A stretch of DNA of 64,000 nt from IMG/VR virus record IMGVR_UViG_3300042566_000762, positions 32,001-96,000 of that record. One strand, 5' to 3'. The position numbers and the translations under genes were made by a program. This document shows positions 19,901-27,702 of the stretch, one piece after another. The notes beneath the pieces are model-generated. The model was not told where the DNA came from, searched no databases, and worked only from the letters and a program-made list of their open reading frames with translations. The number at the start of each line of letters is the position of its first letter. Positions within the stretch are counted from its first letter, which is position 1. The DNA is from a virus.

Positions 19901-21254
19901 TTTTTCTTGTTTCAGAATGTGGGTTGGTTGTTTCATGAACATCATGTTGTTCTTCTTCCGTAAAATCTTTAATTATCGCTTCACATTTTACTTTTGCCTC
20001 TTTTGCTATTTCAGCAGCTTTTTCTTTAATTTTATCTATACCAGATTTTTCAGCATCAGATTTTAATTCTCCACCTCCTAACTTTTGTTCAGGTGGGGGG
20101 CCTTGTTCTTGACCTTTTTCACCAGGTGCAGCAGTTGGTTTTTCTTTATCTATTTTTCCCTGCGGCGTTTGTCCTTTTTTTGTGGGTTGGCCGGGTTCGG
20201 ATGGTTTCGCCGATTGAGTTGCTGCTTTTCCAGGTTCCGTTTTTTTCTTTGGGTCGTTTGCAGGTGCATCATCTGGTCCTGCTATTTTTGAAGCTTGAAT
20301 GTGTGCTGGATGTTCTTTTGGTAATCTTAATGCATCTCTTGCTTTAATTTTCTTTTGTTGGCCTTTACTATTTGTATAACTAATATCAACATCCAATGCT
20401 TTATTTGAAGCTTCACCAAAATATTCTTTAGCAAATTCTTCAAACATTTCATTTGTAATATATCTTTCTATTATTTCTGAAATGGGGTCATATGGTGCTT
20501 TATTTCCGTCAAATGCCTTTTTCTCATCTTCGGGATGTTCCGTTTCATGTCTTGTAGGATGTGGTTCTGGTCTCATTTCCGATGATGGTTTTGTATTATT
20601 GGTTTCATCTATTGAACCTGTTGGTGCACCATTGATATATCCTCCCGGTAAATTCAATCCAACTCCTATTCCTCCTGGAAATCCTTCGTTCAATTTTGTT
20701 GTTATCATTTTAAAAATCTCTTTGTCAAATTTTGGATATGCTTTAAGAAAAAACTTTTTAGCCTTTTCTTTATCGTTACTTCCCAATCCTCGTCTAACTT
20801 CGGTTCCACTTATAGGATTTTCTTCGGCAGGTATTGGATATGTATAACCTATTTCATCGTAACCATATCCAGCATTGCCTTTATATGGTTTAAAATATTT
20901 TCCCTGTAATCTACTTGCATCTTTATCACCTACTGCTGCAATATATGCAATAGTTTGTCCGTCATATTTTTTTAATATTTCGGCAGGTCTATATGGATTG
21001 TTTACTTTTACAAACTTAGTAGATGGAACACCAAACATCTTAGTTGCAATTTCCTTTTTCTCATTAAAAGAAAATGGAGATTTATCGGAAGATGTATCAT
21101 TTGATGTTGCAATATAAACATTTGCAGAACCAAATTCACTTACTAAGTTTTGATATGCCGCATAATGTCCTTTATGGAATGGTTGAAAACGACCAGCATA
21201 TACGACTATTTCACCTTGTATTTTTGGTTTATCTTTTTCTGTCAATAAATTCAT
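16995..21254 (-). CDS. 1419-aa multidomain protein: HxGH nucleotidyltransferase + HExxH metallopeptidase-like + ATP-dependent ligase-like (DUF6267-like) domain
   Basis: GRFQPFHKGH and ISGT.VR; LRTLAHEMVH..Q...ENQA; EKTDGQ, EGLVF, YKLTG. Confidence 0.75.
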   Translation of the reverse strand: MNLLTEKDKPKIQGEIVVYAGRFQPFHKGHYAAYQNLVSEFGSANVYIATSNDTSSDKSPFSFNEKKEIATKMFGVPSTKFVKVNNPYRPAEILKKYDGQTIAYIAAVGDKDASRLQGKYFKPYKGNAGYGYDEIGYTYPIPAEENPISGTEVRRGLGSNDKEKAKKFFLKAYPKFDKEIFKMITTKLNEGFPGGIGVGLNLPGGYINGAPTGSIDETNNTKPSSEMRPEPHPTRHETEHPEDEKKAFDGNKAPYDPISEIIERYITNEMFEEFAKEYFGEASNKALDVDISYTNSKGQQKKIKARDALRLPKEHPAHIQASKIAGPDDAPANDPKKKTEPGKAATQSAKPSEPGQPTKKGQTPQGKIDKEKPTAAPGEKGQEQGPPPEQKLGGGELKSDAEKSGIDKIKEKAAEIAKEAKVKCEAIIKDFTEEEQHDVHETTNPHSETRKNWSQKIGDFISNLPKNIAEKVYEVVKEKYHQLKNTGRGLKSLALSTMYTGKPKFGWFKDKDGQYKHSEHEEKRQRKACISTLKDVAVIGASVVVGAAIAGATGAAAAGKGIGGVIQAASQGASHSVSSVGGFAAHAAIDFGKHCGLEALGLAAGEGHIEAQVGAGLFGLGHMALKGMGLAEEVNETKANGDMFIKLVADVVKKMETFEPNPQQLLKTLESYKKQKEISKLQNLTKGLNENISETKQNSIQHFVEYATKKLKLKETPKITLLSGREYSEAKTSLGGYNPMSKEIYVAIEGRLTADILRTLAHEMVHRKQDELGLVKDEVKDGATGSPIENQAHAVAGILMRNYGKINKQIYNEDINIDVDKGDEVLMGKFKNKKVVVKDIGKDDHGMPTINGKKATTFRLGQKGQNIYEMGNKDIHFKNIIQLYRDAKFRKRINAFLFGNPNHNNPTAVAKALRNMGYDDITRMEKELNIEPDLNEVSSVMVSNTADVPDGSFVQKGKKRKLNTDKSEDWYKNGGYTQTDFPKADAIFGDDDAEERTITYSIKNLPDVDYVETEFIKEGLLMEGGAYGHMSHPFDDMDLTFGDLKNIIKSALEGDLGVVREKTDGQALAISWKNGRLIAARNKGNLANAGANAMGIEDVASKFAGRGGLTDAYNFAMKDLSAAISGLSEAQRKKIFNEGQCFMNLEVIWPDSVNVIPYGQALLVFHNTTCYNEKGEAVGADQSAASKLAGMIKQVNADVQSKYTIQGPPITSIPKDNNLSSKQGKYLSKLNKLQSEFHLKDTDNVADYHQSWWDWWIESKAPTKVDKITKEALIRRWAFGEKTFRLNTISNEELQEWAIENDKVNVIKQQKENIRPFEEIFLGVGADVLDFVGSVLTVHPENAIRAMKQKFKSVADQVRSAGNPAQIQKLKTELERLNQLGGIEKIVASEGLVFFYNGKTYKLTGTFAPLNQILGIFYA

Positions 21255-21275
21255 GTGTATAAATATCTTAAAATA

Positions 21276-21401
21276 TTAGAAACTCTTATAAACAAATGGG
21301 TCTCTTTTTTTAAGTTCCTCTAATTTTTTCTTAAATTTTTGTTTTTTCTTTCTTTCTTCGTATTTTTTTACAAAGAATGAAATGATTGGCCAGTTTTTCA
21401 T
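21276..21401 (-). CDS. Small basic protein (41 aa)
   Basis: MKNWPIISFFVKKYEERKKKQKFKKKLEELKKRDPFVYKSF fills the gap exactly; missed by ORF track. Confidence 0.6.
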   Translation of the reverse strand: MKNWPIISFFVKKYEERKKKQKFKKKLEELKKRDPFVYKSF

Positions 21402-21408
21402 AATTCTT

Positions 21409-21969
21409 TTAATTTTGGTAATACAATTCCGGATATTCTACTAATATATATACACCTTTGTTTTGTGTTGCATATTTGTAAGATAATTCTATATCGGTTG
21501 GTGTTTTTAAATCTAAAAATTCTATATTTTTACAAAGAGATTTAAATTCTTCTAAATAATTTCCTCTGTGTTGGTGACCAGGGTCTAATGGTTTGTCCGA
21601 ACCTTTACCCAATCTAATTAGAATGTGTGGACGTTTTCCGGTCATCAATTCGTATTTATCAATATGATTTACTAATTGATTGGTTGCTGATATTAAAAAA
21701 TCCCATCTTGGATAAAATGATATTACTAATTTATTTGTCATTGCCAATCCCAATGTCATACCCATTTGAGTTTCTTCCATTACTGGTAATTCAATCATTT
21801 TATCTTTTGAAACTTCACCCAATGTTGTACTCATTGGATTTCCTGCATAAAGAATTTGTTGGCCTATGAATATTGAATTATCCAAATCTGATAATTGATT
21901 CATAGCAGATGTCAATGCATCTTTGTATGGTGTATATTTTGGTGTGTTCATAATTAAAAGATAACCCAC
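21409..21969 (-). CDS. TPP-dependent enzyme, E1 beta/transketolase pyrimidine-binding domain (truncated)
   Basis: IELPVME..Q.G...GLA, DFLI.A.NQLVN, G.QH; true start may be the Met at ~21951. Confidence 0.8.
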   Translation of the reverse strand: MGYLLIMNTPKYTPYKDALTSAMNQLSDLDNSIFIGQQILYAGNPMSTTLGEVSKDKMIELPVMEETQMGMTLGLAMTNKLVISFYPRWDFLISATNQLVNHIDKYELMTGKRPHILIRLGKGSDKPLDPGHQHRGNYLEEFKSLCKNIEFLDLKTPTDIELSYKYATQNKGVYILVEYPELYYQN

Positions 21970-22592
21970 TTTCCACTTCCGTAGTGAGGGTATTTTGATT
22001 TATAAGTATAATGTATTACATCCGATGGAAGGTCTCTCTTTTCGTTCCACGTTGCTTCGGTTGGTGTGTTTGTTGAAATTCCATTATCTTCTACTATAAA
22101 ATATAAAGGTAAATTAAAGTTTCTTGCATATTTGTGAACTTCATAAAATATACCACTCTCAAAACTCATATCACCAATAAAACACCAAACCTTATCCTCT
22201 CCACCATCTTTTTTTATAGATAGTGCAATTCCTAATGCAATTGATAATGTTGAACCAACAATTGCAGATGAATAAAATTTAGCATCTATATCACACATTG
22301 TAATAGATTTACCATCTTTGATTAATTCGGTTGCATAATCGGCAGATATTCCTTTTAAAACCCAATGATAATGAGAACGCCACGTTGAGAATACCCAATC
22401 CGTTTCTTTAACTCTTTTAAATACTTCTATTAATTGTTCTTCGTTTCCGTTTGATAAATGTATTGGGCCTCTTATCTTTCCGGCCTCCCATAAATCAACG
22501 ATGTCCTGCTCAAACTTAATTAATTTCTCAGGTGTCCAACCAATTTCTATTTCATTTCTTACGATTGAATATTGTTCTAAATTTTGTATCAT
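21954..22592 (-). CDS. TPP-dependent enzyme, E1 alpha-like (short)
   Basis: IRGPIHLS.G.EE, STWRSH, SAIVG, FIGD...N(LP)..EDNG TPP motif. Confidence 0.85.
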   Translation of the reverse strand: MIQNLEQYSIVRNEIEIGWTPEKLIKFEQDIVDLWEAGKIRGPIHLSNGNEEQLIEVFKRVKETDWVFSTWRSHYHWVLKGISADYATELIKDGKSITMCDIDAKFYSSAIVGSTLSIALGIALSIKKDGGEDKVWCFIGDMSFESGIFYEVHKYARNFNLPLYFIVEDNGISTNTPTEATWNEKRDLPSDVIHYTYKSKYPHYGSGKWVIF

Positions 22593-22625
22593 TATCTATC
22601 TCTTTTTTGTAATATTGGATTTGTC
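22593..22625 (-). pseudogene. Remnant of rmlC 3' end (TNPILQKRDR*)
   Basis: Near-identical to 24590-24620. Confidence 0.75.
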
Positions 22626-22659
22626 TTTGTTTATTTAAACATATTTTTCAATGTTTAAC

Positions 22660-23259
22660 TTAAAGTATTGTTTTTTCGGTTTTACTAGGATGATATCCTA
22701 TATTATATTTATTACTTTTATCTAAAATATTTTTAAAATCTTCATCAATATAATTAATATTTAAATAATCAAATAATTCAGAGAAATTTCCATAAAATAA
22801 ATCTTCATAATAAAAAGAACGAAATAATGGGTCTTTTAATTCAAATAATACATTTTCCAAAGATACAAACACATCTTCCTTTTCTTTTATCATTTCTTCG
22901 GTTATGCCAGCTAAGTGATATTTTCTTTTGGTTTTATCTAAAAAATTTTTATTATGTTGTGCAGTAATAGAACTAATGACCTGTTCTCTTTTATTTTTTC
23001 TAGATATTAATAACACTTTATCAAAGTCATTTATAATTTTCTCTTTATTAATTTTTAGCAAGCTAAAATTACTTATATCACTTTTTACTAAAACATTTTC
23101 ATATTTGATACATTCTTCGTATTTTGTTTTTTTAATTCCAGTTTCTTTGTAATGAGTAAATGGTTGATTAAAATATTCATAATTGGAATTTTGTCTTAAA
23201 AAATACTCCGATATTGAATTAGTTCCACTACGTGGTATATATAATATTAATATTTTCAT
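22660..23259 (-). CDS. Sulfotransferase-like P-loop protein
   Basis: IPRSGTN PAPS-binding loop, R.N..EQ..S, YYEDL. Confidence 0.65.
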   Translation of the reverse strand: MKILILYIPRSGTNSISEYFLRQNSNYEYFNQPFTHYKETGIKKTKYEECIKYENVLVKSDISNFSLLKINKEKIINDFDKVLLISRKNKREQVISSITAQHNKNFLDKTKRKYHLAGITEEMIKEKEDVFVSLENVLFELKDPLFRSFYYEDLFYGNFSELFDYLNINYIDEDFKNILDKSNKYNIGYHPSKTEKTIL

Positions 23260-23408
23260 CTATCTCTTTTTTGCAATGTTGGTTTATCTGATGGCCGTTC
23301 CATTTGATATTCCGGGTCGTTCCATTTAACCACTCCTTGTTCATCTGCATCAACATAACCAAATTTTTTCGATGGAGTAATTTGAAACTCATCCCATTTA
23401 TTACTCAT
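23256..23408 (-). pseudogene. Internally deleted rmlC paralogue (50-aa mini-ORF)
   Basis: MSNKWDEFQITPSKKFG|YVDADEQGVVKWNDPEYQMERPSDKPTLQKRDR matches both termini of the RmlC at 24590-25135. Confidence 0.8.
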
Positions 23409-23863
23409 ATTATTGTTGTATTTTTTGATTTAAATAAATCATTATGTAGAAATCCAACTAATGTAAATCTTTTACCTACACAATTTTCTACTCTATGTGT
23501 TTCTTCTCCTGTAAAATATATCATAGTTCCTATTTTTGGTTTTATAGTTAGTTCATTAAATATCAATTCACCTCCCGTATATTTATCATTTAAAAATATA
23601 ACAAATGAATATGGGTTGATATGAGAATGTGTTGTTTTAACTTGTTCAATATTTTCATCGGTGTATTGTATTCTAAATTTCTTAAAATCACATTTTATAA
23701 ATTCAGGAATAACATTAACAACTTTTTCTAAATGTGGAATTAAATTTAATCCGTGAAAATGATAAATATTATCATATACAGAAATAACATTATTGTTATC
23801 CCATAAATTAAGTATCGAATTACATTGTACATTTGATATGTAATTATTTACAATCGTAATCAT
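23405..23863 (-). CDS. 2OG-Fe(II) oxygenase (prolyl-hydroxylase-like)
   Basis: HSH, IFLND.YTGGEL.F, PK.G..IYF, H.V...G.RFTLV. Confidence 0.8.
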   Translation of the reverse strand: MITIVNNYISNVQCNSILNLWDNNNVISVYDNIYHFHGLNLIPHLEKVVNVIPEFIKCDFKKFRIQYTDENIEQVKTTHSHINPYSFVIFLNDKYTGGELIFNELTIKPKIGTMIYFTGEETHRVENCVGKRFTLVGFLHNDLFKSKNTTII

Positions 23864-23881
23864 ATAATATTAACTATAATA

Positions 23882-24256
23882 TCATAGTAATTTTTTTTCT
23901 CTTGATTTCCAATACATCTTCCCATAACTGTGGCACAATTCATCACCCGCCTTTATGTTTTTTAATGAGAAAAATTCTATAATGATTGGTTTTTCTATGT
24001 TTATTAATCTCCAACGTATATTTGGTGTATCACTATGATTATAAATTGAACCATACCCCAATGGTAGTAAGGATTCTGTGTCAGTAAGACTGAAAAGATA
24101 ATCAATACCTGGATTAAATGGTTGAAGATATGTTTTAAGACTATAACAAGTTTCAACAATACTGCCTTCATCAATATCTTGACAAGCAAAAACTCCGAAA
24201 CCCATTATTTCATCTATGTATTTTACTTCTAATTCGATTTTATTTTTAATAATCAT
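23882..24256 (-). CDS. SET-domain protein-lysine methyltransferase
   Basis: GFGVFA..DI..G, YNHS..PN, I.AGDEL..SYG. Confidence 0.9.
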   Translation of the reverse strand: MIIKNKIELEVKYIDEIMGFGVFACQDIDEGSIVETCYSLKTYLQPFNPGIDYLFSLTDTESLLPLGYGSIYNHSDTPNIRWRLINIEKPIIIEFFSLKNIKAGDELCHSYGKMYWKSREKKLL

Positions 24257-24262
24257 ATGTCA

Positions 24263-24294
24263 TAAATATACGAAAAAAAGTTCATATTTCCAAA
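24263..24294 (-). promoter_or_regulatory. Bacteroidetes-type -33/-7 promoter upstream of SET gene
   Basis: - strand TTTG-N20-TATATTTA. Confidence 0.7.
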
Positions 24295-24409
24295 TTTATT
24301 AAAATCACATTTTATAAATTCAGGAATAATATTAACAACTTTTTATAAATGTGGAATTAAATTTTGTATTTGATATATAATTGTCTATAACCATAACCAT
24401 ATAATATTA
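24295..24409 (-). pseudogene. Deleted/frameshifted copy of the 2OG oxygenase 5' region
   Basis: 24299-24363 nearly equals 23682-23746 (a GAA>TAA change); start region MVMVIDNYISN vs MITIVNNYISN. Confidence 0.8.
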
Positions 24410-24413
24410 CATA

Positions 24414-24593
24414 TTATGTTTGATTTGCATAACCCAAAGGGAATCCATTTCTAAATTCTGCTCCCATTTTTGGAACTATCATTTGATATGCCATTATTAA
24501 TTCCTGTATACCATTATCCAAATTTACATGTGGTCTCCAACCTATTTCAATATCATTTCTAACTATTGAATATTGTTCTAAATTTTTTATCAT
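24414..24593 (-). pseudogene. Chimeric 59-aa mini-ORF: E1 alpha N-terminus fused to epimerase C-terminus
   Basis: MIKNLEQYSIVRNDIEIGW|RPHVNLDNGIQELIMAYQMIVPKMGAEFRNGFPLGYANQT; junction at shared GGTTGGA. Confidence 0.85.
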
Positions 24594-25135
24594 CTATCTC
24601 TTTTTTGTAATATTGGTGAATCCGTTGGCCATTCGATTTGAAATTCAGGGTCATTCCATTTTACAACACCTTGTGCGTTTTCTTCAACAAAATCACCTTC
24701 ATAAAATAAATTATAATGAAATACACAATCGGTTAATGCATAGTGTCCATTTGCAAATCCAGGTGGAACTAATATTTGGTCTCTGGTTTTTTCAGTAAGT
24801 AAATATGAATTCCAATCACCATATGTAGGTGATTCTTTTCTAACATCCAATACTACTAAAAATATATCACCGACCAAAGCTTGAACCAATTTCCAAGTCT
24901 TATTATCCCAATGCAATCCTCTCAATACACCTTTGTATGATTTTGAGAATCTACCATGTACTTTCAAATCTCCGTGCATAAAATTATGAACAGGATGTTC
25001 TTCCGGATGATATGTTGTCCAAATCTCTCCCCTATATTCTCTATATACCGATGGTGAAAATACTGGTACATCTTTACCAAATGGTTTTAAAAATGATACA
25101 TCTATATCATTCCATTTTTTATCTTTATAACTCAT
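24590..25135 (-). CDS. rmlC: dTDP-4-dehydrorhamnose 3,5-epimerase-like
   Basis: RG, S.S.KGVLRGLH, KLV....G.IF.V.LD.R..SPTYG.W, VPPGFANG, WNDP...I.WP. Confidence 0.85.
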   Translation of the reverse strand: MSYKDKKWNDIDVSFLKPFGKDVPVFSPSVYREYRGEIWTTYHPEEHPVHNFMHGDLKVHGRFSKSYKGVLRGLHWDNKTWKLVQALVGDIFLVVLDVRKESPTYGDWNSYLLTEKTRDQILVPPGFANGHYALTDCVFHYNLFYEGDFVEENAQGVVKWNDPEFQIEWPTDSPILQKRDR

Positions 25136-25968
25136 ATTAATTTATTTTTATGCGTATTAGTTAAGTATTTTGCTAATTCTTTTGCGTATTCAATATGTCC
25201 GAAATATCCAGGATGTAAATCTTCATATCCTGTTAATTCTCCTTTTAATTCATCTGTTATTGTTAGTTTATTTCTCAAACAATAATTGTAAATATCATCC
25301 GATTCCTGTGTGTTTGAAAATTTTATAATATCTTCTTTATCAAATGTAGTTGTTAAATATAACCAATTTTTTTGCATTAAAAATATTTTAATATTATTAA
25401 ATTTACAAAAAGAATATAATCCAGCTAATGCATATTCATCATTTTTTAAATTAGCTTGAAAATTAAAATGATTTTCGTGCCAATTTAAAAATATATCTTT
25501 ATATTCCAAATCTTTTTCTAAAATTTTAGGATTAAAATAATCTCTAGTGGCGCCGGCCATCTCGTAAATATCACCATCATTTTTTGAATTAACTATATAA
25601 TATTCGTTGGTTTTATTTAAGAATACATCACATCTACTAGGGTCAGGCTTATCTAATATAATAAAAAATTTATTTTTATTTTTCCAATTTTTTTCTATAA
25701 AATCATAAGTCATTCTAACTATTCTTTGAACACCTACTCCCGATTTAGCTTCGTTAATACATTTCACATTTATTAATTTAGATAATCTATATCCAAAATT
25801 AACTTCTTCTCTATTTTTCCAACTTACATTATGTAATTTTTTATATAACCTATGAACACCAATACCTCTGATATTCGGTTCTTCTAATCCACCACCTTCA
25901 CAATGCGAACTTCCGTTAACATAAAAAAATTGATATTTACTAAAATCCATACTATCCCAAATTTGCAT
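25132..25968 (-). CDS. SGNH/GDSL-like hydrolase or acyltransferase
   Basis: NGSSH.EG block I, INEA.SG, DLHPG. Confidence 0.6.
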   Translation of the reverse strand: MQIWDSMDFSKYQFFYVNGSSHCEGGGLEEPNIRGIGVHRLYKKLHNVSWKNREEVNFGYRLSKLINVKCINEAKSGVGVQRIVRMTYDFIEKNWKNKNKFFIILDKPDPSRCDVFLNKTNEYYIVNSKNDGDIYEMAGATRDYFNPKILEKDLEYKDIFLNWHENHFNFQANLKNDEYALAGLYSFCKFNNIKIFLMQKNWLYLTTTFDKEDIIKFSNTQESDDIYNYCLRNKLTITDELKGELTGYEDLHPGYFGHIEYAKELAKYLTNTHKNKLI

Positions 25969-26923
25969 ACCCTAAAGGAAATCCATTTCTAAATTCTGCA
26001 CTCATTTTGGGAACTATCATTTGATATGCCATTATTAATTCCTGTATACCATTATCCAAATTTACATGTGGTCTCCAACCGGTTTCTTCTATTTTTGAAT
26101 TTGATACAATATAGTTTCGTTTATCAGGGTCTTGATAATAATCATCGTATACTACTGCAAAATCTTTTACATATTTTTGTATTTTTTCCAATAATTCTTG
26201 TTTATTCAAATTTGCATCACTCAATCCAATATTAAAAACTTCTCCTTTATATCTTTCATATCTATCCAACATAAATGCAAATACGGATGCTACATCTCTA
26301 ATATGAATAAAATTTCTTTTAAATGTTTTTTCAAATACAACAATGTATTTATCGGTAATAGCTTTATAAACAAAATCATTTACTAATAAATCCGTTCTCA
26401 TTCTAGTTGAAACTCCAAATACGGTTGCTAATCTAAATACGATTGCATCAGTACAATTTCTTAAAAAATTTTCAGCTTCACATTTAGTTTGACCATAAAC
26501 CGATATAGGAGTGAGTGGAGATTCTTCATTACATTCCAATTCACCCGTTCCTAACCCATATCCACTATTTGTATTTGGATATAGAATTTTTTTATCTTTT
26601 CCGTTTGTAAATTTAACAATATTAACTATTTGTTGAAAGTTAATTTCTTTTGCAAGTTGTGGGTCTGCGTCGCATGCAGGAAACCCAACAATGGCTGCCA
26701 ATGGAATTATTACATCTGCTCCATCACAAAGTTTTTCTAATAATGTTTCATTACGGACATCACCATAAATAAATTTAAATTTAGAAGTATATGTATATCC
26801 CAATAAAGATGTTTGATTAAATAATAATTTATCTAATACCGTTACATTGTGGCCATCTTCCAATAATCGTTTTGTTATAACCGAACCTAAATATCCTGCA
26901 CCACCGGTAATGAAAACTTTCAT
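25952..26923 (-). CDS. NAD-dependent NDP-sugar epimerase/reductase (extended SDR)
   Basis: ITGGAGYLGS, YGQTK (YxxxK), RLATVFG. Confidence 0.9.
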   Translation of the reverse strand: MKVFITGGAGYLGSVITKRLLEDGHNVTVLDKLLFNQTSLLGYTYTSKFKFIYGDVRNETLLEKLCDGADVIIPLAAIVGFPACDADPQLAKEINFQQIVNIVKFTNGKDKKILYPNTNSGYGLGTGELECNEESPLTPISVYGQTKCEAENFLRNCTDAIVFRLATVFGVSTRMRTDLLVNDFVYKAITDKYIVVFEKTFKRNFIHIRDVASVFAFMLDRYERYKGEVFNIGLSDANLNKQELLEKIQKYVKDFAVVYDDYYQDPDKRNYIVSNSKIEETGWRPHVNLDNGIQELIMAYQMIVPKMSAEFRNGFPLGYANLG

Positions 26924-27702
26924 AACTTATTTTTAATATAAATATAAAATTCTTTTGAAAAATTGTCATGCCATAATTCTCCTGGGTGGTGATTATCTCT
27001 AGCTTTTAAATCATTTTTATAACAATTTATTGGGTCAAAAAATGTATCATAATTTATAGTAGAATTTAATTCCGATTTCAATTCTTTAAAAACATCGTAA
27101 TAATATCCAGCTATTGTATGAAATATTTTTATATTGTATAATTTTGCAATTACTTCTACGAATTTGTAAGCTTCCCAAAATGTCATTAAATCCTGATAAT
27201 CATTTCTTAATTGAACAAACATCAAATCTTCATCTTCGTTTTTCCAAACTAAATCCATATCATTGGCCATTCTAAATCCACCTATTTTTTTAAAAGAACC
27301 ATTTTCTTTAATATAATCTCTCCTACTAAAACCAGGCCACATTATCAAAACCATATCCGGTATAAATTCGGATGAAATTATTTTATATAATGTTTTCGCT
27401 ATAAATGAAGTCGATGCACCATACATTCCATAATTAAAAACTTTACCAAATTGTTCACCAATAAGATTTGGCCATATTTTTTCATTTTTAACACCAATAC
27501 CCATAGTCCAAGAACAACCCAATGTTAATATGTTATAATCGGATTTATCTTTTAATGGGTTAGAACGATACCCATGTTCATTCATTTTATACCAAATTGT
27601 ATTATCATCATTTGTATCACTTGCTAATGTTGGTAATATTTTATTTTTATATTGTTCAAATACAAAGACATCATCGGATAATATTTTTTCAAAATCTTTC
27701 AT
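26920..27702 (-). CDS. SGNH-like protein
   Basis: LGCSWT.G.GV, N.G..GAS, RDNHHPG. Confidence 0.65.
   Translation of the reverse strand: MKDFEKILSDDVFVFEQYKNKILPTLASDTNDDNTIWYKMNEHGYRSNPLKDKSDYNILTLGCSWTMGIGVKNEKIWPNLIGEQFGKVFNYGMYGASTSFIAKTLYKIISSEFIPDMVLIMWPGFSRRDYIKENGSFKKIGGFRMANDMDLVWKNEDEDLMFVQLRNDYQDLMTFWEAYKFVEVIAKLYNIKIFHTIAGYYYDVFKELKSELNSTINYDTFFDPINCYKNDLKARDNHHPGELWHDNFSKEFYIYIKNKL

Noticed and set aside
21409-22592. Pyruvate dehydrogenase as an auxiliary central-metabolism gene
   Set aside because: Both subunits are truncated, no E2/E3 in the window, and the context is NDP-sugar biosynthesis
24004-24189. Nested - strand ORFs at 24004-24189 and 42745-42927
   Set aside because: Alternate frames inside well-supported SET and fibre genes, with no independent evidence
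22593-26080. Diversity-generating retroelement (template/variable repeats) explaining the near-duplicates
   Set aside because: No reverse transcriptase in the window; differences are not adenine-restricted and copies are gene-terminal remnants
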